From NCBI GenBank assembly GCA_034189815.1, contig JAXHUD010000001.1:1-51634 (forward strand): DNA of 51,634 bases, read 5' to 3'. The translations under genes and the position numbers were made by a program. Position 1 is the first letter of the stretch; each line of letters opens with the position of its first letter. Positions 9,389-19,416 of this stretch are shown here, piece by piece. The notes beneath the pieces were generated by a model, which made no database searches, was not told the DNA's origin, and saw only the letters and a program-made list of their open reading frames with translations. Origin of the DNA: Chloroflexota bacterium (GTDB lineage: Bacteria > Chloroflexota > Anaerolineae > Anaerolineales > Anaerolineaceae).

Positions 9389-10412
9389 AAAAGACGAGAC
9401 GAACCAGATTGGGTTGGCGCGGTCCGACTATCGGGGTGAGCGGTCAACGCTTTGCCCGGGATGCGGCCATAACACGATTTCAGCGCAGATCATCAAGGCC
9501 TGCTATGAACTCAACATCCCCCCGGAGAAGATTGTCAAGTTCAGCGGCATTGGCTGTTCGAGCAAGAGTCCGACCTATTTCCTTAGCCGGTCCTTTGGCT
9601 TTAACGGTCTCCACGGCCGGATGCCGTCGTTGGCGCTGGGAGCGGCATTTGCGGATCGGCGTATGAAGGTCGTCGGCGTCTCCGGTGACGGCGATACGGC
9701 CAGCATTGGCCTGGGTCAATTCAAGCACCTCATTCGCCGGAACCTGCCGATGATTTACATTATTGAGAATAACGGCGTTTATGGCTTGACCAAGGGACAG
9801 TTCTCCGCCACAGCGGAACGCGGGCTGGAACTGAAACATCAGGGTGAGAACCCCTTCCTGCCGATTGATATCGCCAAGGAAGCGTTGATCGGTAATGCCA
9901 GCTTCGTGGCCCGCTCCTTCGCCGGCGATCCCAAGCAGGTACGGGAACTGCTCAAGGCCGCACTGAGCCATAACGGCACGGCCGTGTTGGATATTATCAG
10001 CCCCTGTGTGAGCTTCAATAACCGGGAGGACACCCTGCATTCCTACCAGTGGGGTAGGCAGCATGAGGCGCCGCTCCACGATATCTCCTATGTGCCCACT
10101 CGCCGGGCGATCATCCTGGATGAATTTGAAGAGGGCGAGGTCAAAGAAGTCACGATGCATGATGGGTCTGTGGTGGTGCTGAAGAAGCTGGAGCACGACT
10201 ATGACCCCACCAGCAAGTGGCAGGCGATGAAGGTTCTCGAAGAAGCGGAGCAGAACCATTATCTGGTGACGGGACTGATCTATGTGAATCCGTCACAGCC
10301 GTCGCTCTACGACTACATGGACTTGACTGACGAAGCGCTTAACCGCCTTCCGGTGGAAAAGATGCGCCCCAGTGCGGAGTCGCTGGAAGAAATCAATCAG
10401 AGTATGGTATAA
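9378..10412 (+). CDS. korB: 2-oxoacid:ferredoxin oxidoreductase beta subunit (TPP-binding)
   Basis: CPGCGH, SGIGCSS, HGR, GDGD...NNGVYGLTKGQ TPP motif, SPCV; overlaps alpha by 11 nt. Confidence 0.92.
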   Translation: MATRKDETNQIGLARSDYRGERSTLCPGCGHNTISAQIIKACYELNIPPEKIVKFSGIGCSSKSPTYFLSRSFGFNGLHGRMPSLALGAAFADRRMKVVGVSGDGDTASIGLGQFKHLIRRNLPMIYIIENNGVYGLTKGQFSATAERGLELKHQGENPFLPIDIAKEALIGNASFVARSFAGDPKQVRELLKAALSHNGTAVLDIISPCVSFNNREDTLHSYQWGRQHEAPLHDISYVPTRRAIILDEFEEGEVKEVTMHDGSVVVLKKLEHDYDPTSKWQAMKVLEEAEQNHYLVTGLIYVNPSQPSLYDYMDLTDEALNRLPVEKMRPSAESLEEINQSMV

Positions 10413-10434
10413 CCGGCTCTTTGGAGTGATAAGT

Positions 10435-10464
10435 AAGGCCCGTCGATATTCGACGGGCCTTTTA
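10435..10464. terminator. Intrinsic terminator between korB and pyk
   Basis: AAGGCCCGTCGA-tat-TCGACGGGCCTT followed by TTT; a second weaker hairpin at 10478-10495. Confidence 0.82.
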
Positions 10465-10528
10465 ATTTCAGTAAAGGCTTCCCTTCGAGGGGAAGTCGTC
10501 TGCGGTACAGATTAATGAGGTGATCGAG

Positions 10529-11977
10529 CTACAAATCACCCAGCGTGTGCAGCAGGGCCAGGTTCGGTTTGCGGTAGGCTCCGACAGGGAAGCCAGAGAT
10601 CACGATCACCTGTTGGCCGGCTTTGAGGTCGGTCGAGGTCGCGGTGGCGGTTTCCACATGCTTGAGCATGGTCTCCAGCGTGTCCGCATGCGGCACCAGG
10701 AGCGGCTTGACACCCCAGAACAAGGCCATCTGTTGGTAGGTCTTGACCTCGGGCGTGAAGGCCAGGATGGGTACATCCGGCCGTACTTTAGAGATCAGGC
10801 GTGCCGTGCGGCCTGATTGGGTGAAGACCACGATAGCCACGACGTTCCGGTCACGGGCCAGCGCCTTGGCGGCCCGTGTGATCGAAACGGCATCGCTTTG
10901 ATCGCTGCTGCCCAGGTCTGTCACCGCGTTGCTCCAGCGTTGGCTGTTGGCTTCCGCCTTCCGAACGATGGCGTCCATCATCTTGACACTCTCGACGGGG
11001 AATTTCCCGGCGGCTGTCTCACCGGAGAGCATCACGGCATCCGTGCCGTCAAAAATGGCATTTGCCACATCGGTGGCCTCCGCTCGGGTCGGGCGGGGGT
11101 TGTTGATCATCGAATCAAGCATCTGAGTCGCAGTGATCACGAACCGTCCGTGACTGTTGGCCGAGGCGATAATCTCCTTTTGGGCGATAGGCACCCCGGC
11201 GGGAGACATTTCGACACCCAAATCACCTCGCGCGACCATCACGCCATCAGTCACGTCCATAATGGTTTTAAGGTTTTCGAGGGCTTCCGGTCGCTCCAGT
11301 TTTGCAATGATGGGGATGCGTTTCCCTGGTTCATCGCCGGCCAAGGCATTAATGGCCTCGCGCACAACCTGAACGTCGTCCGCCGTTTTGACAAAGGAGA
11401 TGGCAACCATGTCCACGTTATTCTTGATACCGAACGCCAGGTCTTTGCGATCCTTCTTGGTAAAAGAGGGAAAGGCGAGGTTTGCCCCAGGCAAGTTGAC
11501 GCCTTTATGCGATTTTAATTCGCCGCCCAGTAAAACCACGGCGTCAATCCGGTCACCCGTGATCTTGGTCACTTCCATTTCCAGGTTGCCATCATCCAGC
11601 AGGATGTGGTTGCCCGGAAGGACGGCTTTATGCAAGTCGGGGACGTCAAAGGGGATGAAAATATCATCCTCGTCCTGAACGTAGGATTTCGATGAGCTTA
11701 GAGTTACTTCATCGCCGGCGACAAGCGGCAGGCTCCCGCCGGGAATATCCCCGATCCGCAGCTTTGGGCCCTGGAGGTCCTGCAGGATGGTGATGGGCTT
11801 ATCCAGTTCTTCTGAAAGTTGCCTCACCGTCTCGATCTGTTTTCCGTGGTCTTCATGGGTCCCGTGGGAGAAATTCAGGCGAGCGACATTCATCCCTGCA
11901 TCAATCAGGGCATGGATTTTTTCTTTCGTGTCACTGCTAGGGCCTAAGGTACAGACGATCTTTGCGAACCGGTCCAT
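10529..11977 (-). CDS. pyk: Pyruvate kinase
   Basis: KIVCTLGP, ARLNFSHG, DLQGPKLR, IIAKLE, MVARGDLGVE, ATQMLDSM, PTRAEATDVANA, MLSGETA. Confidence 0.97.
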   Translation of the reverse strand: MDRFAKIVCTLGPSSDTKEKIHALIDAGMNVARLNFSHGTHEDHGKQIETVRQLSEELDKPITILQDLQGPKLRIGDIPGGSLPLVAGDEVTLSSSKSYVQDEDDIFIPFDVPDLHKAVLPGNHILLDDGNLEMEVTKITGDRIDAVVLLGGELKSHKGVNLPGANLAFPSFTKKDRKDLAFGIKNNVDMVAISFVKTADDVQVVREAINALAGDEPGKRIPIIAKLERPEALENLKTIMDVTDGVMVARGDLGVEMSPAGVPIAQKEIIASANSHGRFVITATQMLDSMINNPRPTRAEATDVANAIFDGTDAVMLSGETAAGKFPVESVKMMDAIVRKAEANSQRWSNAVTDLGSSDQSDAVSITRAAKALARDRNVVAIVVFTQSGRTARLISKVRPDVPILAFTPEVKTYQQMALFWGVKPLLVPHADTLETMLKHVETATATSTDLKAGQQVIVISGFPVGAYRKPNLALLHTLGDL

Positions 11978-11998
11978 AAGTTTCTCCCGGATTACTTG

Positions 11999-13204
11999 CT
12001 AATCCATTAATAGGACGTCCCGCAAGATGGGGAGCATCCAGTCAACGGTTTCTTTGTCGATGATCAACGGCGGCGCGAGGCGAAGGATATGTGTGTGGGT
12101 CTCCTTGACCAGGATTCCCCGTTCCTGCAGCGTCTCCGCAAAGCGGCGGGCGCCGCCCAATTCGTGTTTGAGTTCCACGCCGATCAGGAGCCCTTTCCCG
12201 CGAACATCCAGGATGTTCTTCTTAGGGATTTCCTCAAGATAGTCCATGATATAGCGGCCCATCTCACGGGCATTCTGGATCAAGTCCTCCTCCACGATCA
12301 CATCCAGAGCGGCCGTACTGACAGCGGCGGCCAGCGGACTGCCACCGAAGGTGGAGCCGTGCTCGCCGGGTTGGATCAAACCGAGGATGGGTTTATCCGC
12401 CAGGACGGCGGAGACCGGGTAGAAACCGCCTGACAGCGCCTTGCCGATGATGGTGATATCTGGGCGGATGCCCTCATGCTGGCAGGCAAAGAGCGCGCCC
12501 GTACGGCCCAAGCCGGTTTGGATCTCATCAGCGATGAAGAGGACATTATTTTCTTCGCAGAGCGCCTTGACAGCCTTTAGATAGCCTTCCGGTGGCGCAA
12601 TGATGCCGTTCTCGCCTTGCAGTGGCTCCAGCATGATCGCGCCGGTATTTTCATTGACAGCATCACGGATCGCGTTAATGTCGCCATACGGTACGGTTAC
12701 GAAGCCGGGCGTGAATGGGCCGAAATCATGTTTATATAAGTCGGTCGATGAGAACGAAATGATGGTCGTCGTTCGGCCGTGGAAGTTGCCTTCTGCCACA
12801 ATGATCTCTGCATTGTAGCGGGGGATTCCCTTGGTCTGGTAGGTCCATTTCCTGGCAACCTTAATCGCCGTCTCAACGGCTTCCGCACCGGTGTTCATTG
12901 GCAGGCTCATTTCATAACCGGTCAGGTCTGAGAGTTTCTTGTAGAAAAGGCCTAACTGGTCATTGCGAAACGCACGGGAGGTAAGGGTGAGCCGCTCCAG
13001 TTGGTCGAGCATCGCCTGGCGAATTCTGGGGTGGTTGTGTCCCTGGTTGAGAGCGGAGTAGGCACTGAGACAGTCGAGGTATTTCTTGCCACCGACATCC
13101 CAGACCCAGACGCCCTCGCCTTTGGTCAGGACGACATCGAGGGGTTTGTAATTGTGCGCACCGAATTCATCTTCCAGTTCGATGAAATATTTGCTATTTT
13201 GCAT
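11999..13204 (-). CDS. rocD: Ornithine--oxo-acid aminotransferase (class III PLP)
   Basis: [57 protein letters not shown]; start moved to ATG 13204 (MQNSKY) with GGAGG RBS inside argF. Confidence 0.92.
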   Translation of the reverse strand: MQNSKYFIELEDEFGAHNYKPLDVVLTKGEGVWVWDVGGKKYLDCLSAYSALNQGHNHPRIRQAMLDQLERLTLTSRAFRNDQLGLFYKKLSDLTGYEMSLPMNTGAEAVETAIKVARKWTYQTKGIPRYNAEIIVAEGNFHGRTTTIISFSSTDLYKHDFGPFTPGFVTVPYGDINAIRDAVNENTGAIMLEPLQGENGIIAPPEGYLKAVKALCEENNVLFIADEIQTGLGRTGALFACQHEGIRPDITIIGKALSGGFYPVSAVLADKPILGLIQPGEHGSTFGGSPLAAAVSTAALDVIVEEDLIQNAREMGRYIMDYLEEIPKKNILDVRGKGLLIGVELKHELGGARRFAETLQERGILVKETHTHILRLAPPLIIDKETVDWMLPILRDVLLMD

Positions 13205-14132
13205 CGGGGTCGCCTCCGAGCAGCAGGTCGACGAGGATCGCCTTTTGGGCGTGCATCCGGTTCTCGGCCTGGGGGAACAGCCGGGAGTGGGGACCATCCG
13301 CGACCTCATCCGTGATCTCCTGACCGCGGTGCGCGGGCAGGCAGTGCATAACGATGGCGTTCGGTTTTGCCAGGTGGACAAGCGCCTGGTTGACCTGGAA
13401 GGGTGGAAAGACTTTCTCGCGCCGCTGTGCTTCCGCTTCCTGACCCATGCTGATCCAGGTGTCTGTGTAGATCACGTCCGCGTTCTCGGCGGCTGCCTGC
13501 GGATCGTGCAGTAATGTGACCGAACCATTGTTTTCGGCAGCGATGGTCTTGCCGAGTTTGATATCACCTTCCGGCATATCGTAGCCCTTCGGGTTGGCGA
13601 TCCTGAAATTGGCGCCAAGTTTGGTGACGACTTTCATCAATGAGACAGCGACGTTATTTCCATCACCGATATAGGAAATATTGAGTCCCTTCAGTGATCC
13701 GAATGCCTCCCGGATGGTCAGAGCGTCTGCCATTGCCTGGCAGGGATGGTTATAATCGCTCAGGCCGTTGATCACTGGGACGCTGGCCCACTTCGCCAGT
13801 TCCAGAATATGAGCGTGATCGAAGACCCGGGCCATGAGGACATGTACGTAACCGGAGAGCACCCGCGCCACATCGGCGATCGATTCGCGTTTGCCGAGGC
13901 CGATCTCCTGAGGTGAGAGGTAGAGGGCGTCACCTGAAAGATCGCGCATGGCCATATCGAAGCTGACCCGTGTGCGCAGGCTTGGTTTCTGGAATACCAT
14001 TGCCAGAACCTTGCCCTTGAACAGCGGCCTGGATCTGCCTGCTTTTTGTTCCTCCTTTAGATTGGCAGCCAGTGAGAGTATGCCTTCGATTTCATCCGAA
14101 TTGAAATCTGCAATATCTAGAAAGTGCTTCAT
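13194..14132 (-). CDS. argF: Ornithine carbamoyltransferase
   Basis: [45 protein letters not shown]. Confidence 0.93.
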   Translation of the reverse strand: MKHFLDIADFNSDEIEGILSLAANLKEEQKAGRSRPLFKGKVLAMVFQKPSLRTRVSFDMAMRDLSGDALYLSPQEIGLGKRESIADVARVLSGYVHVLMARVFDHAHILELAKWASVPVINGLSDYNHPCQAMADALTIREAFGSLKGLNISYIGDGNNVAVSLMKVVTKLGANFRIANPKGYDMPEGDIKLGKTIAAENNGSVTLLHDPQAAAENADVIYTDTWISMGQEAEAQRREKVFPPFQVNQALVHLAKPNAIVMHCLPAHRGQEITDEVADGPHSRLFPQAENRMHAQKAILVDLLLGGDPDAK

Positions 14133-14163
14133 GCTATCTCCTAATAAGTTTGGTTAACGAGAA

Positions 14164-15006
14164 TTACTCTCTGTTCAGATCAGAGAGGTTGACAACTTTG
14201 ACCTCATGGTGAACGTATTCCTGACCACGCAAGAGCACATTCACCTGGGCGATGCCCACCCATAAGAACAAGCCTGAAAGAAAGCTGCCGGCGAGAATTG
14301 AAATAAAGGGTAGCCGGTTTTGTAGAGAGGTCAGGCGACCGTTCGCATCGGTGAGAATTCCTTCGTAGCGATCCAGCAACACCTCAGCTTCATCGAGGTT
14401 TTCGTTGAAGTGAATCAAGTTTTCCGAGAGCGCGCCTAGGTCTTCAGCAAATGTGCTCAGACCCGCGGCAGTGGCATTGAGATTCGTTTCAATTTCCTGT
14501 AATTCGTCCGGCACGTCCTCAAGGCCGGATGCGACCTGGGATAGGCTGACATGCAGAGAGGTCTCGGGTTGATAATCCGGGCCCAATACCGGAATGGCGG
14601 CCAGGATAGCGAGGGTGTCATCAATCAATTCTGCACTGGACGCAGCAGAATCGAGGGCGGTCTGTGTATCCGTGATGGTGAGCTTTAAATTATCGCCGAC
14701 CAGGTTAGCCGAAGATTCCAGCGAGTTGGAGGTGCTCTCCGCTGTCGTTTGGATGTTGTCCAGAGAACCCTGCAGCAAGGTCAGATCCTCCTGAGTGCCT
14801 TCGAGTGTACCCCGAACGGCGTTCAGGCTGTCTTCAGTGATATTCAAGGTATCCTGCAGAAGGCCAAGTGTTTCACCAACAGCATTCGTCACCCCTAGGC
14901 GTAAAATCCAGGTGGCGGCGATACCGACCAGGGAAAAGGCGATCCCCAGGATGGCGAGGACGGATAAAATGATGCCGGTCATCCGGCGAGAACTGTCTTT
15001 TAGCAC
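14164..15006 (-). CDS. Hypothetical membrane protein with long coiled-coil region between two TM segments
   Basis: N- and C-terminal hydrophobic helices flanking heptad-like acidic helical region; start likely GTG 15006 or ATG 14982, directly after ybeY stop. Confidence 0.7.
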   Translation of the reverse strand: MLKDSSRRMTGIILSVLAILGIAFSLVGIAATWILRLGVTNAVGETLGLLQDTLNITEDSLNAVRGTLEGTQEDLTLLQGSLDNIQTTAESTSNSLESSANLVGDNLKLTITDTQTALDSAASSAELIDDTLAILAAIPVLGPDYQPETSLHVSLSQVASGLEDVPDELQEIETNLNATAAGLSTFAEDLGALSENLIHFNENLDEAEVLLDRYEGILTDANGRLTSLQNRLPFISILAGSFLSGLFLWVGIAQVNVLLRGQEYVHHEVKVVNLSDLNRE

Positions 15007-15007
15007 C

Positions 15008-15454
15008 TTAACGCGCTTCCTTGATTTTGCTGATTTCTGAAAAAATTTGATCCTGGAGCGACCACATTGCCTCTTTTTCGGCGGGTTCATCATGGTCATA
15101 TCCCAACAGATGCAACGTGCCGTGAATAGCCAGGAAGGCACACTCCGCCGTCAGGCTGTGTCCCTGGGCTGCGGCTTGCTTTTCTGCCAGGGGGAGGGAA
15201 ATAACGATATCGCCCAGATAAGTCCGGCCGGTTTCAGGATCGAGACTATCTTGATTAAACGACAAAACATCCGTGGTTTTATCTTCGCCACGGAAGGTTT
15301 GGTTTAATTGCTGCATCTCCTCGTCATCAGTCAATCGCAGGGTGATATCCATTTCCGTCTGTTTGAGGAATTTCAATGTCCTCTCCACAGCGGTTTGTAG
15401 AAAGGCTTCATCCACCGTGGATAGATCGGGCTTCGCGAGATGGATTTCGATCAT
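15008..15454 (-). CDS. ybeY: rRNA maturation endoribonuclease YbeY
   Basis: LNQTFRGEDKTTDVLSF, LGDIVIS, HGTLHLLGYDH. Confidence 0.95.
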   Translation of the reverse strand: MIEIHLAKPDLSTVDEAFLQTAVERTLKFLKQTEMDITLRLTDDEEMQQLNQTFRGEDKTTDVLSFNQDSLDPETGRTYLGDIVISLPLAEKQAAAQGHSLTAECAFLAIHGTLHLLGYDHDEPAEKEAMWSLQDQIFSEISKIKEAR

Positions 15455-17577
15455 TGCGCCTTTACCTCTGATTCTTCAGCCTGTTTTTCAACCGGTTTGG
15501 TCTTGGTTCCCAGGGCAGGATATTTGACCCGGGGGTGATAGGTGCCTTTGAGGGTACGGTAGAAGGATTCTTTGGCCATCTGCAGGTCCTTCAGCGTTAG
15601 GTTGGTGTCATCTAACTGCTTATTTTGTTCGTAGAAGGCGAAGACTGTGTCGATCAATGACCGCAGTGCCTCTTCATCTTTGGGGACCTCAGCCCGAGCT
15701 CGAGCCTCGGTGCCGTCCGCCAGCATGAGGAGGGCTGTTTCCCGAGATTGGGGACGCGGCCCGGGGTAGGTGAAGAGGGATTTATCGACATGCTCAGGTC
15801 CGCCGGCATCTTTAACAGCCTGTGTGTATTGGTAGTGCGTATACATGGTGCCGTGATGTTCACGGATGAAATCGATGATCCGGCTGGGAAGATGATATTT
15901 TCGAGCGAGCTCAACGCCATCGGTCACATGGCTGATGATTGTTTGGGCGCTGGTAAGTGGATCGATATCGTCATGGGGGTTAATTTTTTCCTGGATCTGA
16001 TTTTCAATGAAAAATTGTGGATTTTGAGATTTGCCGCAATCATGGTAGATCGCGCCGACCCGGACGAGGAGCCCATCCGCACCAATCGCCTCGGCGGCTT
16101 GTTCGGCCAGGTTGGAGACTTGCAGGGAGTGCTGGTAGGTCCCTGGCGCATTGCGCAGCAAGCGCTGCAGCAGGGGATGGTCGGGACGAGATGTATCCAG
16201 AAGCTGCAGGGCGGTGGTGGTACCCAACACCTGGGAGAAGACATATTGCAGGAAAAGTGTGACTGCGGCTGCACTGAGACCATTTATCAGGGCGGCGCCG
16301 GCCAGCGTTGCGATCCCGATCCAGTCCGTCACCGTGTCCGGCAGGCGGTAAGCCAGGATGATGGCAGCCCCGCCCAAACCAACCGTGAGGCCGCCGCCAA
16401 AGAAGGCGGCGATCCGCTTGGCTTTCCCCAGGGTCAGCATGCCCAGGATGGTCGGAAGAAGGTAATAGATTGTGAGGTCCAGACCGTTTGGCATGCCATA
16501 AGCGGTCATAACCCCCAGGATAACGGATAAGAAAGTTGCAACCTCGAAATTAAAGATGATCGATAAAGTGAGGCCAAAAGCTGCCAGGGGGTAAATATAG
16601 GGCAGAATGGTTCGGTCAATAATTAAAAACCGGCCAGCCGCCAGGAAGATCAGAAAAGTCAGCGCGATCAGCAGGATGGATTTCATCCCGTAACCGCTGG
16701 CGCGTTCTCGGAAACGGAAATAGAGACCGACGAGAACAGCGGAGAGGATCGTAAGGACACCTGCACCGATGATGTTCTCGATCCGATTGCTGGCCTGGAT
16801 GAGGCCATAACGCTGGAGGGCTTCCCAATCAACGTCCCGTATAATTTGACCACGCCGCACGAGGGTCTCTCCGGCAATGAGAGACCGGATGACCGGATCC
16901 ACGCTCTGGCGGGCTTCGGTGACGGCCGCATCGGTTTGTTCGGCGCTGTAAAGGCTGTTGGGGACGATGAAGGGCTCCACCAGATCAACGACGATATTGG
17001 CTTGGTCCTGTGGGAATGAAAAATCAATCAGGGAAGGAATATTGCGTTTGGCAGAAAAGATATCCGATTCCCGCAATGTATTGCGCATCACTTGCTCCAA
17101 CACGGAAGTCGCTTCGGATTCAATCGCTTCCCAGCGAGAGTCGCTTAGTTGCAGGATGCTGGTGACGGTTTCGTCTGCCAGGTTAAGCTCAGAAATGGCT
17201 TGCAGATCGGATATTTTTTGTTCCTGGGTCGCGTAGCCATCCTGGCGGACTGTACTGATGTAGTATAAAACGGTCCGAAGGGCTTCAACCTGCCGACGGC
17301 CGATGCTCGGATCGGTGGGCAGGTAGATGGGAGCCACGCCTTCTTCAGCAACCTGGCGGGCTTGTTCTGTGAGGATCTCACTTTCAAAAGTGAGGGAATA
17401 GGGGGCGAGGATGTCTTGTGTAGAAACATCGCCGACTTCCATCGGGTAAGAAGCTTCACTGAATGTTTCAGGAAGGATCAACACAAAAAACGCCAATATG
17501 GATGTCAGGACCAGGATGACAACCTTAATCGTGACAGGGCGAATGATCTTCTTCTTTGGTTCGGCGGCTTTTGCCAT
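15451..17577 (-). CDS. 7TM-HD (HDIG) phosphohydrolase, PgpH/YqfF-like putative c-di-AMP phosphodiesterase
   Basis: N-terminal TM, large extracellular domain, 7TM block, APGTYQHS, YHDCGK, EHHGT, YPGPRPQSRE, LMLAD; yqeY-HD-ybeY synteny as in Firmicutes. Confidence 0.87.
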   Translation of the reverse strand: MAKAAEPKKKIIRPVTIKVVILVLTSILAFFVLILPETFSEASYPMEVGDVSTQDILAPYSLTFESEILTEQARQVAEEGVAPIYLPTDPSIGRRQVEALRTVLYYISTVRQDGYATQEQKISDLQAISELNLADETVTSILQLSDSRWEAIESEATSVLEQVMRNTLRESDIFSAKRNIPSLIDFSFPQDQANIVVDLVEPFIVPNSLYSAEQTDAAVTEARQSVDPVIRSLIAGETLVRRGQIIRDVDWEALQRYGLIQASNRIENIIGAGVLTILSAVLVGLYFRFRERASGYGMKSILLIALTFLIFLAAGRFLIIDRTILPYIYPLAAFGLTLSIIFNFEVATFLSVILGVMTAYGMPNGLDLTIYYLLPTILGMLTLGKAKRIAAFFGGGLTVGLGGAAIILAYRLPDTVTDWIGIATLAGAALINGLSAAAVTLFLQYVFSQVLGTTTALQLLDTSRPDHPLLQRLLRNAPGTYQHSLQVSNLAEQAAEAIGADGLLVRVGAIYHDCGKSQNPQFFIENQIQEKINPHDDIDPLTSAQTIISHVTDGVELARKYHLPSRIIDFIREHHGTMYTHYQYTQAVKDAGGPEHVDKSLFTYPGPRPQSRETALLMLADGTEARARAEVPKDEEALRSLIDTVFAFYEQNKQLDDTNLTLKDLQMAKESFYRTLKGTYHPRVKYPALGTKTKPVEKQAEESEVKAQ

Positions 17578-17585
17578 AGGACTGG

Positions 17586-18032
17586 TCAGTTCTGGAGTAG
17601 TTCTCGGACGATCCTGCTGGCATCAGAGCCTGAAGCGCGTCCCTGGAGTTTGGGCATGAGCACTTTCATCACATTGCCCATATCCCGCATCGTTGAAGCA
17701 CCGGATTCGTTAATGGCGTCTTTCGCCAGGTCTTTCAACTCAGCTTCGCTCAATTGTTGAGGCAGGAAGCGCTCAAGAATGACCATTTCACGCTCGGCGG
17801 CTTGCACCAGGTCTCCCCGACCGGCTTGTTTGGATTCCGCAATGATATCTTCCCGTGTTTTAACCTCTTTTTGGAGGAGGCTCAAGATCCTGTCATCGCT
17901 GATATCGCCGCCTTCTTCAACCTCGGCGAGTTTGATGGAGGACATGAGCAGGCGCAGCGTCCGCTTGGTATCTTCATCACGGGCTTTCATCGCTGTCGTC
18001 AAAGCTTGTTGGATTTCCTGTTTCTTGTTCAT
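17586..18032 (-). CDS. yqeY: GatB/YqeY domain protein
   Basis: AMKARD, LQKEVKTR, FLPQQLSE, MGNVMKVL, GRASG. Confidence 0.9.
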   Translation of the reverse strand: MNKKQEIQQALTTAMKARDEDTKRTLRLLMSSIKLAEVEEGGDISDDRILSLLQKEVKTREDIIAESKQAGRGDLVQAAEREMVILERFLPQQLSEAELKDLAKDAINESGASTMRDMGNVMKVLMPKLQGRASGSDASRIVRELLQN

Positions 18033-18138
18033 AGTCTAGATTATACCTTTAGTTCCTGGGGATACGGGAAAATCAGGGCTGTTGTCGGTGCATAAATTGG
18101 AAAGACAATTTATCCCTTATTCATGGGGTGGCGGGGCC

Positions 18139-18783
18139 TTACTTGGTGTTTTTCCCATGGAATGGATCGATTTGACCGGATCGGGTAAAGCCGCGTGATT
18201 TGAAGGAGGCTATTATGTTCCGATAGGCTAGACGCGTTCGTTTGAGCGCCGCCTGAAAGTTAAAGGCAAATAAAAGCCCTGAGGCGGGACTGTCGAGGTT
18301 CATTTTGGCATGGGAATCAGCCGGCATTCTGGGGATGATCAGTGTGTCCAGGCCGGGAATCATGGCGAGAAACTCGGGCAAGCCATAGTTCCTGCCGGAG
18401 GCCAGGTCTTTATGGGCCATGATATTTGGGTCGGCAGGGTCTATCTTTTCAGGGGGAGATTCTGGGTGGGTCGCATGCCACAGGCGAACGTAGTTACTGT
18501 GACTGTAATAATCCTGCCAGCTGTGGGTTATACGTCCAAAGCACCTTCTGGCCGCCATGAAATCCCCGTGTTGGATCCTGTCTATCAGGTTTTCCTGCTG
18601 CTCCCGAATGTAGGCAAAACCCTCATCGAAAGCGCTGCCATCAAAATGGATATAATCGTGGCCAACCTGGTTGAGTGGCCTGTCCTGTCGAAGGTTCGCC
18701 CGCACAATCTCCTCCAGGGCGATCTGGGAGAAGAAGGGTGACAACGCCTTGACCGTGATTTCTCGATGATATTGGGATTTCAT
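18139..18783 (-). CDS. Hypothetical HET-C/VWA7-N-like putative zinc-binding hydrolase (phospholipase C/P1 nuclease-like fold)
   Basis: N-terminal H-x-x-IT, HFD, GRITHSWQDYYSHSNYV, H-x-x-MNLD; start overlaps comEA stop (ATGA). Confidence 0.6.
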   Translation of the reverse strand: MKSQYHREITVKALSPFFSQIALEEIVRANLRQDRPLNQVGHDYIHFDGSAFDEGFAYIREQQENLIDRIQHGDFMAARRCFGRITHSWQDYYSHSNYVRLWHATHPESPPEKIDPADPNIMAHKDLASGRNYGLPEFLAMIPGLDTLIIPRMPADSHAKMNLDSPASGLLFAFNFQAALKRTRLAYRNIIASFKSRGFTRSGQIDPFHGKNTK

Positions 18784-19397
18784 TCACCCTCAACAATCAG
18801 GTAGTCCCGCAGCGAATCGACTGTGGCTTCGCCAATGCCGGAGACATTAACCAGCTCGTCCACGCTGCCGAAGTCGCCGTGTTCCTCTCTGTAACTTAGG
18901 ATGTCGGTCGCCTTAGATGGGCCGATGCCCGGTAAGGATTCAAGCTCGTCCTGAGAGGCCTGATTCAAATCCAGCGGGTATGAGTAGATTTCGCTGTCAT
19001 CGATGCCAGAAGCGCCCGGCGCATTGCTGGCAGTCTCGGGGATGGGTTCGTCGTTAACGGGGATATAGAAATAGGCGCCATCGCGCAGGATGGCAGCCTG
19101 ATTGATCCGGTCGACATCCGCGGCTTGTGTGAGACCGCCGGCAAGGCTGATCAAATCGGAAAGGCGGCTATCCACAGGCAGTGCATAGACGCCAGGCTCA
19201 TGAACGGCGCCAGCAACCTGGACAAGCACCGGTGTGGGTGTTCTTGTTGGGGATGGGAGGTTAGTGGGAGTTGGTGAAGGCGCGGGATGAAGGGTGATCG
19301 GAGCGCCCTGGTTTGGCCTGGCAATCAGGATTAACGCGCCTGTGATTAATAAACCGGTCAGCGCGCCAAACAGAATCAGCATCCAAGGTTTTGTCAT
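18780..19397 (-). CDS. comEA: Competence DNA receptor ComEA (TM, PT linker, SLBB, HhH)
   Basis: VQVAGAVHEPGVY SLBB; DLNQASQDELESLPGIGPSKA and VSGIG HhH pair; start at ATG 19397 after GGAGGGG. Confidence 0.9.
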   Translation of the reverse strand: MTKPWMLILFGALTGLLITGALILIARPNQGAPITLHPAPSPTPTNLPSPTRTPTPVLVQVAGAVHEPGVYALPVDSRLSDLISLAGGLTQAADVDRINQAAILRDGAYFYIPVNDEPIPETASNAPGASGIDDSEIYSYPLDLNQASQDELESLPGIGPSKATDILSYREEHGDFGSVDELVNVSGIGEATVDSLRDYLIVEGE

Positions 19398-19416
19398 CGT
19401 CCCCTCCAGGTGATAA

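Noticed and set aside
13205-13381. N-terminal extensions in the ORF track for rocD (also tex, comEA, metallophosphoesterase, GH13, coiled-coil protein)
   Set aside because: They overlap upstream genes or promoters; downstream starts have an RBS or -10 and match family N-termini.
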